Below, in pieces: positions 30,993 to 40,467 of a DNA stretch of 64,000 nt. The notes under the pieces are model-generated. The model was not told the origin of the DNA and did not search any database. It saw only the letters and a list, made by a program, of their open reading frames with translations. Position 1 is the first letter of the stretch. Every line of letters starts with the position of its first letter. The DNA lies in the IMG/VR virus record IMGVR_UViG_3300042566_001512, positions 1 through 64,000 of that record; one strand, given 5' to 3'. The position numbers and the translations under genes were made by a program.

Positions 30993-33015
30993 CAAAGGAT
31001 TAGCTGTGAAAGTACACGTAAGAAAACTACTTGGTTTAACAACGGATACTCTATGGGAAAACCTCAGGGGTGACTTCACCTTGGTGTTCGATGACGACTC
31101 TTTCATTAATACCAATGAAAAAGAATGCATTTATTCCAGTTACTGCTGGGAGCTGTTCAGGGAATACCCCAACACAACAATAAAAACAGATCATCACATC
31201 AGAGGTGTAATAAAAGACGGCAGAATGACTGCCGATACGCACAACGACCTTATTTCCGCAATATTGTTTGACATCTATGACAGCTATGCTGAGCTTGTTC
31301 CTAACAAGACTCATCTGCTGGACAGACTAACCAAAAGAGCATATGAGATCATTAATCTCATGTACAACGAATTTAGCTACAAGTTAGAGGCGTACGTAAC
31401 AACTCTTGACATCTTGGACTTTCTTGAAATAGACGAGCATCCAGATATAGCTAACGCAGAGAAAAATCTACAACAAACACAAGAAGGCATTGATGCTTTC
31501 TATACTCTAATCAAGAAAACAATCAACAACGACAGTAGATTAGAAAACAACCAGTTGGCCAAAGCAGTAAGAAGTAAGCTGGTTAAAGTGGATCAGACTT
31601 TGCAATGTGTAGGCCCGAGAGGCTTCCTGACTGACGTGGACTCTTACATTTACAAGAAGCCAATCGTCACAGGCTACTTCAGAGGCATTCGCACACTAGA
31701 GGACTCCATGAAAGAGTCCAGGTCCGCAGCCAAGGCTCTGATGTTCTCCGTCGATCCAATGAAAAAGGCGGAGTATTTTTCTCGACGCCAGCAGTTCGTT
31801 TGCCAAAACGTAAAAAACCTACATCACGTGGATTGCGGAAGCCAGCACTACTTGCTATGGCAAGTCAGAGGGGAAGAAGTAGTTGAGGGCGTGGTAACCA
31901 GAGAAAGTGACCTTAAAACCATTTTCGGAAAATACTATTTGGACGAGGCTACAAATACGCTTAAGTGTATAAAGAAAACGGACACACACTTGATAGGCAA
32001 GACTATCAAAATGCGAGACCCTGTAGCTGGCTGCCAGCATCCCGACCCATACGGAATCTGCGAAGTGTGTTTTGGTGACGCTGCACTTACAGTGCCAGAA
32101 TTCACTAACCTGGGGCATATGGCGTGCGTATCCATGACACAAATCGTTACCCAATTGGTACTGTCTACAAAGCACTATGATGGCTCTAGTGTAGTGGAAG
32201 GTATTCGTCTACAGCCACACGACAAAAAGTACCTAGCAGCGCCAATTAATGGTAATGACTACTATCTAAGTGGTGATCTGAAAAACAAAAAGGTATATAT
32301 AAAAATAGATTCAAAAGACGCTAAGGGTCTTGCTGACGTTTCCATGGTGGACGACGTTAACAAGCTTACGGTATCGAGAATATCTGAAATTAATGAAATA
32401 CAATTAATTATCGACAATTCTAAAGGAGTAATAGACGAGATTCCTATTGAGGTAGCTGTCAACAAGAGACTCGCTAACATGACGCATCAGCTTTTGCGTC
32501 ATTGTAAAAAGCACGGATGGGAGATTACCGACGACAACAAGTACATAATTGACATGACGGGTTGGGATTGGTCACTTCCTATCTTGACGCTACCGCTTCG
32601 CCATTTCAACATGATGGACTTCGCTACCGAAATTGCAAAAGTTCTAGAGGCCACAGTGAAAGACATGAAAGCCAGAGATACGGTAGTAGACCCGGCTGTA
32701 ATGTTGACGGAGTTTCATGACCTAGTTAATAAACGAATTACGGTGAATCTTTCCATACTTAGCATTATCATCTATAGCTCTATGGTGGTGTCGGCCACTG
32801 ACGGGATGTATTCTCTACCGAAGCCATGGACGGGATCCGGTATGGGCGTGATGAAGCTTATTATGGAGAACAGGTCGCTTTCGGCAACAATGGCCTATGA
32901 GAGACAAACTAATACTGTTTTGTCCCCCAATAGCTATTTGATGACCAACAGGCCAGATCATCTGTTCGATAGCTTAGTATGCCCCAGTGAGATGCAACAA
33001 CTGGGTTTGCTATAA
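30979..33015 (+). CDS. nvRNAP beta' C-terminal subunit (phiKZ gp74-like)
   Basis: ESRSAAKAL, DCGS, C…GICEVCFG Zn site, TQLVLSTKH trigger-loop region; start may be GTG 31006. Confidence 0.88.
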   Translation: MRRINKGLAVKVHVRKLLGLTTDTLWENLRGDFTLVFDDDSFINTNEKECIYSSYCWELFREYPNTTIKTDHHIRGVIKDGRMTADTHNDLISAILFDIYDSYAELVPNKTHLLDRLTKRAYEIINLMYNEFSYKLEAYVTTLDILDFLEIDEHPDIANAEKNLQQTQEGIDAFYTLIKKTINNDSRLENNQLAKAVRSKLVKVDQTLQCVGPRGFLTDVDSYIYKKPIVTGYFRGIRTLEDSMKESRSAAKALMFSVDPMKKAEYFSRRQQFVCQNVKNLHHVDCGSQHYLLWQVRGEEVVEGVVTRESDLKTIFGKYYLDEATNTLKCIKKTDTHLIGKTIKMRDPVAGCQHPDPYGICEVCFGDAALTVPEFTNLGHMACVSMTQIVTQLVLSTKHYDGSSVVEGIRLQPHDKKYLAAPINGNDYYLSGDLKNKKVYIKIDSKDAKGLADVSMVDDVNKLTVSRISEINEIQLIIDNSKGVIDEIPIEVAVNKRLANMTHQLLRHCKKHGWEITDDNKYIIDMTGWDWSLPILTLPLRHFNMMDFATEIAKVLEATVKDMKARDTVVDPAVMLTEFHDLVNKRITVNLSILSIIIYSSMVVSATDGMYSLPKPWTGSGMGVMKLIMENRSLSATMAYERQTNTVLSPNSYLMTNRPDHLFDSLVCPSEMQQLGLL

Positions 33016-33025
33016 TCCAACTATA

Positions 33026-33054
33026 AGACTGTCGGGAATAAAACCCGACAGTCT
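33026..33054 (+). terminator. Hairpin after the RNAP genes
   Basis: agactgtcggg/cccgacagtct. Confidence 0.65.
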
Positions 33055-33074
33055 CTTTATTTAAAAGGATAAAA

Positions 33075-33341
33075 ATGCAAATTTTAGCAGAGGTAAGTTT
33101 TTGCGATCTGCGTGTTGGGGATAGGGTAAAATCAAAAAACACAGGCAGAGAGGGGTTTATACGAAACCTTATAGATATAACCGAAGCGCGCCGACGAGAC
33201 GACAACGAAATAGTCATATATTGGGAAAACGGGAACGTGTCTTATCATTGGCAATATATGTACGTTAATGTATGGTTAATGTTATTCTATCTTATATATA
33301 AAACTAAAGGAATATTACCGTATAACTACCTACCGACTTGA
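33075..33341 (+). CDS. Small KOW/SH3-like hypothetical protein
   Basis: AAAAGGA RBS; DLRVGDRVKS…G…G pattern. Confidence 0.55.
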   Translation: MQILAEVSFCDLRVGDRVKSKNTGREGFIRNLIDITEARRRDDNEIVIYWENGNVSYHWQYMYVNVWLMLFYLIYKTKGILPYNYLPT

Positions 33342-33370
33342 TACATACGTCAAGTCGGTAGGTAGTTATA
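33321..33370. repeat. Perfect 21-bp inverted repeat
   Basis: tataactacctaccgacttga-N8-tcaagtcggtaggtagttata. Confidence 0.85.
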
Positions 33371-33491
33371 AACGGTTTAGTTTTTACATATTTATAATTT
33401 GTTTGCCGCAGATAGTAAATATATAAAAATTGCAAATAAAGTAAGTGGATGTTTGTTTAAGAAAACCTAGTCGTCGCTTTTTTGACGATTT

Positions 33492-35051
33492 ATGAAAAAC
33501 GCAAGGTACAAAACTGTGACTAATATACATTTTTTGATGACTGTATACAGTCACCATTTCAGTTTATCGAGATTATCGCCGGTAGGCAGGATGCTTGCCA
33601 TAAAGTTTGCTAACAGATATGTGCAATTTGGATTAGTACCAATTGCGGGTCAAATGCGGAAGAAGGCACTGAAAGTATTTGGAGTTGCTAACGCAGATAG
33701 AACCGAGTTTAGGTTTCACATTAATCAGCTTCCTGAGTTTTATAAATTACTCTCTCAGACCGGCTACGATAATCCAAATTTACATAAACGAGTAGAAGTT
33801 TCAGTAAAACCCACTCCTTCTGTAGATCTGATTGTGGATAGTAAATACGTCCCTAGGGATTATCAGGTTCCCATTGTTGAGTACCTCATTAAGAAGGAGC
33901 CTAAGTGTAAGCTGGTGGGGCTTCAAACGGGCGGCGGGAAATCTTTAGTCTCCATGTTGGGTATATCTAAACTAAAGAAAATACCTTGCATAATAGTAAA
34001 GCCGGCATATATTGAAAAGTGGACTGATGATCTAGTAAAAACCTACAATCTCACGATTGACGAGATCATGGTAGTCCAAGGCGGTAAGCACCTCATGGCG
34101 CTATTGAATCTAATGAAGGAAAACAAGCTAAACTATAAAGCGGTAATTGTAAGTAATAGGACTATGCAAATATGGCTTACTGCCTATGAGAGAAACAAAG
34201 AGTACGCACTTGAGCTAGGATACTGTATTCATCCTCAGGAGTTCTTTGAGCATATCGGGGCAGGCATCAGGTTGATAGATGAGGTCCATCAAGACTTTCA
34301 CTTTAACTTTAAATTAGATTTGTATACAAACGTAGAATACGCGATGAGTTTGTCGGCTACGTTGATTACGAATGACCCCTTTTTGAGGAGCATGCACGAT
34401 GTAGCATATCCAATAAAGGATAGATACTCTTCCCCACCTTTGAACAAGTACATCAATAGCTTTGCCGTCCATTATAGGTTTAATAAACCGGATAAAATTC
34501 GCACTCATGAATACGGTAGTAAAAACTACTCACATGGGGCGGTAGAGCAATCTGTGATGAAGCACACGCCCACTATGCACGGTTATTTAAACCTAATAGA
34601 TTATACTCTTAGCATCGGGTATACCCAGAGTAAGAAACAGGATAAGAAATGCATAGTGTTTGCTTACTCGGTTGACATGTGTACCCGAATAACTAAGTTT
34701 CTTGAATCAAAGTATCCGCAGTACGACGTAAGAAGATATGTGGCCGATGACCCTTATGAAAATCTGATGCAGGCAGACGTAATCGTATCCACTTTGGGGT
34801 CGGCAGGAACTGCCGTGGACATACCAAATCTAACTAACGTGATTTTGACTACTGCCGTAGACAGCATACAGAGCAACGTACAATCGTTAGGCCGTCTACG
34901 TAACCTGGACAGCGGAAATACTGCAACGCAGTTTCATTATTTCGTATGCGACGACATACCAAAGCACGTAGAGTACCACAGTAGAAAAAAAGAAATGTTA
35001 GGACAAAGAGCTAAATCTTTTATAGACGTATATTCTGGATTTGTGCTGTAG
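33492..35051 (+). CDS. SF2 DExH helicase (phiKZ gp75-like)
   Basis: QTGGGKS, DEVH, SAT and QSLGRLR motifs. Confidence 0.9.
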   Translation: MKNARYKTVTNIHFLMTVYSHHFSLSRLSPVGRMLAIKFANRYVQFGLVPIAGQMRKKALKVFGVANADRTEFRFHINQLPEFYKLLSQTGYDNPNLHKRVEVSVKPTPSVDLIVDSKYVPRDYQVPIVEYLIKKEPKCKLVGLQTGGGKSLVSMLGISKLKKIPCIIVKPAYIEKWTDDLVKTYNLTIDEIMVVQGGKHLMALLNLMKENKLNYKAVIVSNRTMQIWLTAYERNKEYALELGYCIHPQEFFEHIGAGIRLIDEVHQDFHFNFKLDLYTNVEYAMSLSATLITNDPFLRSMHDVAYPIKDRYSSPPLNKYINSFAVHYRFNKPDKIRTHEYGSKNYSHGAVEQSVMKHTPTMHGYLNLIDYTLSIGYTQSKKQDKKCIVFAYSVDMCTRITKFLESKYPQYDVRRYVADDPYENLMQADVIVSTLGSAGTAVDIPNLTNVILTTAVDSIQSNVQSLGRLRNLDSGNTATQFHYFVCDDIPKHVEYHSRKKEMLGQRAKSFIDVYSGFVL

Positions 35052-35071
35052 ATATTTATAATTTAGTAATT

Positions 35072-35413
35072 ATGAAAAACATTAACAAATGGAAGCTGTT
35101 CTTAGAAGATGAAAGGCATCCTGTTAAAACACAAGATAAAAGCATAGTAGTGTGCAGGTCAAGCCAACATGCAATAAACGAATGTGTTTTAAGGGGCTGT
35201 TTGCCTGACGAGATCATGTTTGATCACGATCTAGGTGGCCAAGACACGTCTATTAATTTCATACGCTGGATGATAGATGCTTTATTGGGTGATTTTGGTA
35301 ATAGTTACTTTTTGCCTGAAGACTTTTCTTACAGCGTTCATAGCCAAAACCCGGTTGGTGCTAAAAACATCAAGTCTTTAATGGATGGGATTATTTTAGA
35401 GTTTAAGCAGTAA
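35072..35413 (+). CDS. Cyclic-phosphate-processing receiver-like (cREC) domain protein
   Basis: LFLEDER, FDHDLG and VHSQNPVG motifs. Confidence 0.75.
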   Translation: MKNINKWKLFLEDERHPVKTQDKSIVVCRSSQHAINECVLRGCLPDEIMFDHDLGGQDTSINFIRWMIDALLGDFGNSYFLPEDFSYSVHSQNPVGAKNIKSLMDGIILEFKQ

Positions 35414-35415
35414 GT

Positions 35416-35453
35416 CATATAGCCCTAATGGATTAATCCATTAGGGCTATATG
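35416..35453. terminator. Perfect 38-nt palindrome, CATA…TATG family
   Basis: catatagccctaatggatt|aatccattagggctatatg. Confidence 0.75.
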
Positions 35454-35473
35454 CTTTAACTGATCTTATTTAT

Positions 35474-35497
35474 TTTCAGTCACATATACTAAAATAG
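35474..35497 (+). promoter_or_regulatory. Putative early promoter
   Basis: tttcagtcacatatac. Confidence 0.55.
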
Positions 35498-35669
35498 ACA
35501 ACTGGTTCATTCTGCTTAAAGGACTTTAATTATGATGGACAAGAATATTTTGCCAGGATAACAAACGTTTTTGTTCGCTTTTGTTGCTGCGAATACTCAA
35601 CGAAACGTCTTGGGGCTGGTTCTGTGGGTTCCTGACGGTAAAGCAAACTAATTAATGTAAGGATTTAAT

Positions 35670-36131
35670 ATGTCAACCAAAGAATTTCAAGAGTACGAAA
35701 AACGCCACAGCGAATTGAAGCGTCGGCTCACGCAAGCGCCAGATTGTATAAGTCACAGTGACAAAGGGTACGTAGTATACAGCAAGCAACAAATGGACCA
35801 GATGTTCTCATCTGGAAAAACCAGGTTTAGTGTTATAAGTTATAGAAATAGCAATCACTGCTTATCTGTTTACTTCTACGTAAGCGACCATCTGTTTGGG
35901 TATGGGGTACTGCCAAAAAGTTTTGTTACGTGTAGTACGGCAATCCCCAATTACGTAGTTCCAAGACCTACATTGCCTTCAGGCGTTATTAAAGACAGGA
36001 AGGACTACGAAAAAGTATTCCAGGAATACGATTACTGCATCGAGACAATCGATGAACTGTGTGACTTCGTAATCAAGATCGAAGATATTGAGAAACGTAA
36101 AATCTCGGCTTCTGTAGAAAGTCGAGACTAA
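35670..36131 (+). CDS. Hypothetical protein
   Basis: 153 aa, TAAGGA RBS. Confidence 0.7.
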   Translation: MSTKEFQEYEKRHSELKRRLTQAPDCISHSDKGYVVYSKQQMDQMFSSGKTRFSVISYRNSNHCLSVYFYVSDHLFGYGVLPKSFVTCSTAIPNYVVPRPTLPSGVIKDRKDYEKVFQEYDYCIETIDELCDFVIKIEDIEKRKISASVESRD

Positions 36132-36151
36132 AAAGAGAGTTAACAACTAAA

Positions 36152-36439
36152 ATGAGTATCTTTACCGCCCCATTGGCCGACGACAGTCCGTCTATTAAGC
36201 AATTTCTTGTTTTTAACAATTCTCACGACATGGAAGAATTTGTTAAAAACAAAGACTGTAAAAAGGCCACCCACAAGATCTTTTTGCTAAAAAACGGCAT
36301 TGGCACTTGGAACATCGAAATTCGTTGTTGTTTGACAAACTCCGTAGTATTCGAAGACGAGGACGTTGCACATGTCTGGTCTTTTGCTCTGCTCTTGGCT
36401 AAAGAGAAGTTGCCTTCTCTTATCTTGGTAAACAATTAA
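36152..36439 (+). CDS. Hypothetical protein, paralogue of 37600..37935
   Basis: 95 aa; shared motifs with the paralogue. Confidence 0.7.
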   Translation: MSIFTAPLADDSPSIKQFLVFNNSHDMEEFVKNKDCKKATHKIFLLKNGIGTWNIEIRCCLTNSVVFEDEDVAHVWSFALLLAKEKLPSLILVNN

Positions 36440-36734
36440 CTTGAGGGGTCTTTTCGAACAGGCGAATGCTTTATTGGCGCTTTTGTAAACACAAGTGCGT
36501 CAATAAAGTAAATTATTAATTTCTATTTTTGTATTTGAAAACTTAAAGTAAAATCATCAAAAATAGAGTAAACAAGTTCATTAAAAATGATTATTTTTTT
36601 CAAAGGTGTTTTGTTGTCCGATTTAAATTCTGAAAAATATATTACTGGGCACCGTAACGGGTATTTCAAGTTCAAGTAATAAAAGATTTGAAAATTGTAA
36701 CTAAAAAATAGCAAAAGAAAATCGCTAAACAAAA

Positions 36735-37049
36735 ATGAACGATTTTAAAAATAAACCAAAACCCGACACACTGATTAACTCCGGTGCTCTTTGTCTGGCC
36801 ATCAACGTGCTGCGAATGGCGGGTAAAAACGAAGTGGCTGATGAGCTCGAATCTTCGGCTGTCCGATTATCCGAAATACCGACTAGCGAGATTCATTACT
36901 ACAGGGTCTTGGCGGAAAAAGACCTGGAGATTAAAATGCTACAGGAGAGTTACAAAGCAGCAAACAAGATGACCATTAGCTATATGAAAGAATTTCAAAA
37001 CAGAGGGGTAGTTTATGCCCCCTTGATTAATGATATTGAACAAAATTAA
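36735..37049 (+). CDS. Hypothetical protein
   Basis: 104-aa ORF. Confidence 0.65.
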   Translation: MNDFKNKPKPDTLINSGALCLAINVLRMAGKNEVADELESSAVRLSEIPTSEIHYYRVLAEKDLEIKMLQESYKAANKMTISYMKEFQNRGVVYAPLINDIEQN

Positions 37050-37064
37050 ATTGACAAATTAATT

Positions 37065-37568
37065 ATGACTAAACACGAAATTCCTGAGTTCGATGACACC
37101 GTCATCCTTGGTTCCATTACCTGTCCCGACGACAAAGAACTTCTGATTTTGACGATATCGTATCAGACCGATAGTGTATATCTGTTCAAAGAAAGTTTCT
37201 CAAAAGACTACAATTTCAAACCTCTATTGGAGTTTACTTCCAATTCGGTGGTGTTGGATGTTCGTAACTTGGAAGAGGTAAAGTGCATTGGCTATATTCG
37301 TACTCCTGCGGGAGTTGAGTTTGGATCAGCACTGATGTTTGAGTCTACCCTCTGTAAAAAGGGAACACCTGCATTCAAGATCCACTACGATAAACCACAC
37401 GTTGAGATGTTTATTAATTTTGAAAAAGAAATTTGTAAAATGCTAGTGGCAAATGGAACCGACGCACTATATAAGTTCTTGGATCAGGATTGGAATAATT
37501 TAAAGTCAAGTCACGATAAATACCATCTAAGTGGAAATCATCTCACGATTGAATTTGTCCAGGATTGA
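37065..37568 (+). CDS. Hypothetical protein
   Basis: 167-aa ORF. Confidence 0.7.
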   Translation: MTKHEIPEFDDTVILGSITCPDDKELLILTISYQTDSVYLFKESFSKDYNFKPLLEFTSNSVVLDVRNLEEVKCIGYIRTPAGVEFGSALMFESTLCKKGTPAFKIHYDKPHVEMFINFEKEICKMLVANGTDALYKFLDQDWNNLKSSHDKYHLSGNHLTIEFVQD

Positions 37569-37599
37569 AAAATTATTACCAAAGAAAGGTTTATTAAAA

Positions 37600-37935
37600 A
37601 TGTTTGCATTTTCTGAAATCCATGACGCCGATAACGAACCGGCAGTTAAGCAAATACTGGTGTTTTCTAGCGAACAGGAAAAGCAGGAATATAACCCTGA
37701 GACGGGACCCAATACAAGTTCGTATAAGCTACGCGCAGTACTAAATGGCCAAGGGCGTTGGGATGGTGTGATTCGGTCGGGAAGAAATGGTCAGCTTCTA
37801 CTTGATCAGAAAAACTTGGGCGATAGCTGGCAATCTGCCATGGTGAGCGTTCACGTTATGTTCAACGGTTTTATTACCGAGTCCATTAATAAAAACTTTA
37901 GAAGTGTTCTTTTGGAAACGAAAAAGGACGAATAA
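37600..37935 (+). CDS. Hypothetical protein, paralogue of 36152..36439
   Basis: ATG 37600 with AAAGG RBS. Confidence 0.7.
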   Translation: MFAFSEIHDADNEPAVKQILVFSSEQEKQEYNPETGPNTSSYKLRAVLNGQGRWDGVIRSGRNGQLLLDQKNLGDSWQSAMVSVHVMFNGFITESINKNFRSVLLETKKDE

Positions 37936-38048
37936 ACCACGATTACCATGGCGTAATAATCGGAGTACTTAATATTTGATTGTCTTTTACTGTTTGACTA
38001 CGACCAGTAATAACATCGTATTAGATGCTAAGACTTCTAATTATTCGA

Positions 38049-38104
38049 CATATATCCCTGTGTATTATACACAGGGATATATTATCTATTTTTTATTTTA
38101 TTTT
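38049..38104 (+). terminator. Hairpin plus T-tract
   Basis: atatatccctgtgtat/atacacagggatatat. Confidence 0.7.
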
Positions 38105-38125
38105 AAAAAACCCGATTCCAAATAA

Positions 38126-38149
38126 TTTCAGTCACATATATCTAAGGTG
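38126..38149 (+). promoter_or_regulatory. Putative early promoter
   Basis: tttcagtcacatatatc-taagg-tg. Confidence 0.65.
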
Positions 38150-38199
38150 AATAGAAGCAATAGTGTTTCTATTTCATTCAAAAATATAGGAGTATTCTC

Positions 38200-38343
38200 A
38201 TGTCCAATTCCAACAAATCTTCGTCCAAGGCGATTGACACGGTGGCACGTGTGGCTGCCACCGTGGTAGTCCAAGTCGGCGTGATCGCTGTCGGCGTGGC
38301 CGGCGGCATCGCTCTGATTGGCCTCTTGAAAAAGAAGGACTAA
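38200..38343 (+). CDS. 47-aa membrane peptide MSNSNKSSSKAIDTVARVAATVVVQVGVIAVGVAGGIALIGLLKKKD
   Basis: TAGGAG RBS; GC-rich codons; hydrophobic GxxxG helix and basic tail; absent from the ORF track. Confidence 0.75.
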   Translation: MSNSNKSSSKAIDTVARVAATVVVQVGVIAVGVAGGIALIGLLKKKD

Positions 38344-38349
38344 TCATCC

Positions 38350-38575
38350 CTCTTACGATCGCCCTGTAAGGGGCGATCCAGTGTGCGTTATTATGGAGCT
38401 CATACTGGATCGTCGCTCTTAAACATAACACTATCGCACGCACATTGAACTCGGCCGCCTGAATTTGCATTTTTCCGTCACGGGTGTCATGGACAACACG
38501 GAAGCCAAGTTGCAGGCTGTCAGGACAGTGGTAAAAAGCACGAAGCTTCGTTTGAAAGCACCCCGTGCAGCTTAA
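38350..38575 (+). ncRNA. Structured intercistronic RNA element
   Basis: Several helices, some mutually exclusive; see findings. Confidence 0.45.
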
Positions 38576-38601
38576 CATCGATTCATTTTTTAGGAAAAGT
38601 C

Positions 38602-38745
38602 ATGTTCAAAGTCATCGTTACTCTTTTCGCAGCAGCGGCTATTCTTGGCACCATTATCGTTAGCGAAGATGGCCCTAGCGACCACGATGCAGCAGTGGCC
38701 ACAGAGCTGGCCAAACAAGACGCCATCAACGCGGCTTCTAAATGA
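38602..38745 (+). CDS. 47-aa signal/TM peptide MFKVIVTLFAAAAILGTIIVSEDGPSDHDAAVATELAKQDAINAASK
   Basis: TAGGA RBS; N-terminal hydrophobic helix; followed by hairpin. Confidence 0.75.
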   Translation: MFKVIVTLFAAAAILGTIIVSEDGPSDHDAAVATELAKQDAINAASK

Positions 38746-38748
38746 AAA

Positions 38749-38800
38749 CATAATAGGACTGGCTTAAAAAGCCAGTCCTATTATTATAGATATTTTTTTT
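38749..38800 (+). terminator. Hairpin terminator
   Basis: ataataggactggctt/aagccagtcctattat. Confidence 0.7.
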
Positions 38801-38816
38801 AAATTAAATTTATAGA

Positions 38817-39101
38817 ATGACTAAAATGTTAAACTTTAGCAAAAATTTGTTATCTCAAAAACAAACTGAAATGGGTGCCACTGAATTAAAAGAAGAGGAT
38901 AGATGTATTTTACTAGAATTACTATCAGCTGGAGATTATTTAAGTAAAGGAGATCTGCTAACACTCGCCATCGACGTATCGTCTATTGCTAGTAGAAATA
39001 AAGCAAATGCTGTTATTCTAGAAAAAGATCACCCTTTGTCTTCATTTCTTAAAATCATTTTTGATAGTAAATCTATATTAACTATATACGAAGACACTTA
39101 A
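38817..39101 (+). CDS. Hypothetical protein
   Basis: 94-aa ORF, weak RBS. Confidence 0.5.
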   Translation: MTKMLNFSKNLLSQKQTEMGATELKEEDRCILLELLSAGDYLSKGDLLTLAIDVSSIASRNKANAVILEKDHPLSSFLKIIFDSKSILTIYEDT

Positions 39102-39115
39102 CCAATTTAAAACTA

Positions 39116-39139
39116 TTTAAAACGCATATAACATACTTG
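39116..39139 (+). promoter_or_regulatory. Putative early promoter
   Basis: tttaaaacgcatataac-atact-tg. Confidence 0.5.
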
Positions 39140-39180
39140 AGTAGGTTTACTCGTGTTAACAGCAATTAAAGGAATTATAA

Positions 39181-39702
39181 ATGAGTACGATATTCGTGAG
39201 TAGCGGAATTTCTATTACGAAAAATATTCTTCTCGGTTGGTGTATTCTTGCTGAGTTTGATGTGGGCGGTTATGCTTATACTCAGTGGGTACCCATAGAT
39301 ACACTTGATTCTTTTGACCTAGATGGAACTTTAAGAAAAATAGCAGGGGATCCTTTGATTCCTATTGATTTTTATTCTGAATTGTCAAAGCTAGCTAATA
39401 TCCGCAAAGATGATCGCAATAAAGCAAACGAGACTGAGAAAGTTTTAAACGATTTAAATGTGAAAGAATCAGAAAACGCCATTACAGCCACAAACAGGGA
39501 CTCTGACAGGATACATTTACTTAAAGACATTTTGCAGAAAATGTTAGTGGTGAACAATGTTGCGGTATCTGATTTGGGTTATGCTAAGGTAAATCGGCAA
39601 AATGGAGGCAACTGGGTGCTAACCAAAGGGCAAGAATCTACCTGTGAATCGTTTAGTTCGTTGGACGACACACTTGAACATTTGCTAAAAAGGTACTATT
39701 AA
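39181..39702 (+). CDS. Hypothetical protein
   Basis: 173 aa, TAAAGGA RBS. Confidence 0.7.
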   Translation: MSTIFVSSGISITKNILLGWCILAEFDVGGYAYTQWVPIDTLDSFDLDGTLRKIAGDPLIPIDFYSELSKLANIRKDDRNKANETEKVLNDLNVKESENAITATNRDSDRIHLLKDILQKMLVVNNVAVSDLGYAKVNRQNGGNWVLTKGQESTCESFSSLDDTLEHLLKRYY

Positions 39703-39749
39703 AAAGTAATAAATAAATATATTTATTAAAGATAAAAAAGGAGTAATAC

Positions 39750-39932
39750 TTGAATAAAAGCACTAAATTATTGCTAGTGGGCGTTTTCTTAATTGTTCTA
39801 TTTTCATTCTTCTTAAGAGGGGTCTCTGAGAAAGAAACTGAGAAAATCATCAACGCCTGGAAACTGGAATTGTTAAAAATGGCAGAGCAAGATAGGGAGT
39901 CTCTTTTTAAAGCGGGAGCTTTTACTAAGTGA
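39750..39932 (+). CDS. Small membrane protein
   Basis: AAGGAG RBS, TTG start, N-terminal TM helix. Confidence 0.65.
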   Translation: MNKSTKLLLVGVFLIVLFSFFLRGVSEKETEKIINAWKLELLKMAEQDRESLFKAGAFTK

Positions 39933-39935
39933 CGT

Positions 39936-39971
39936 CATAATGCCCTCTGGAATCATCCAGAGGGCATTATG
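39936..39971. terminator. Hairpin between convergent genes, CATA…TATG family
   Basis: cataatgccctctgga/tccagagggcattatg. Confidence 0.8.
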
Positions 39972-39972
39972 C

Positions 39973-40467
39973 TTATCTTTGAGCTTTTTGAATTTCTTCT
40001 ATTGCTTTTATATCCGAATTAACCTTTGCGGTTAATCTCTTTTGACTATCTTTTAAAATGTAGTCGCATATTACACGAGGATATTGTAAAAACTCTTGTA
40101 AGTTTATACCGTAAAACTCCTTAACATTAGAATCGGCAAAAGCTTTTATAGTGTCAAAAGTTTTACTATATATAAAAGTGTCCTCTCCATTCTGATAGGC
40201 AACGGAGGATAAGGGGCGCACATCGTCTAAGCTAGATGGGTTTGCATCCAGGCTGGCTTGCTTTAGGTAGTCAAATACACCAGAAGACTGCTCATAGGAC
40301 TGAACTAGGAGCTGTTTAACCCCTATGTATGTATCTTTTTTTGCAGTTCTGAGTATCTGAACCAGTAATTCGTTTTGATTTGCTCTAGTACAGAAATCGT
40401 GATCTGTTACATGAGCAACTATCGTTGCTCTATCCGACGAATCTTCTGTACGGCTAATATAAAAAAA
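39973..40467 (-). CDS. -1 frameshift extension (gpT-like) of the 40419..41894 gene
   Basis: 164 sense codons open from the T7 run; no ATG/GTG/TTG in the first 82 codons; FYGINLQEFLQYP motif. Confidence 0.7.
   Translation of the reverse strand, partial: FFYISRTEDSSDRATIVAHVTDHDFCTRANQNELLVQILRTAKKDTYIGVKQLLVQSYEQSSGVFDYLKQASLDANPSSLDDVRPLSSVAYQNGEDTFIYSKTFDTIKAFADSNVKEFYGINLQEFLQYPRVICDYILKDSQKRLTAKVNSDIKAIEEIQKAQR

Noticed and set aside
38198-38578. 126-aa minus-strand ORF
   Set aside because: Shadow of the plus-strand peptide and structured spacer; promoter, RBSs and terminator all point to the plus strand.
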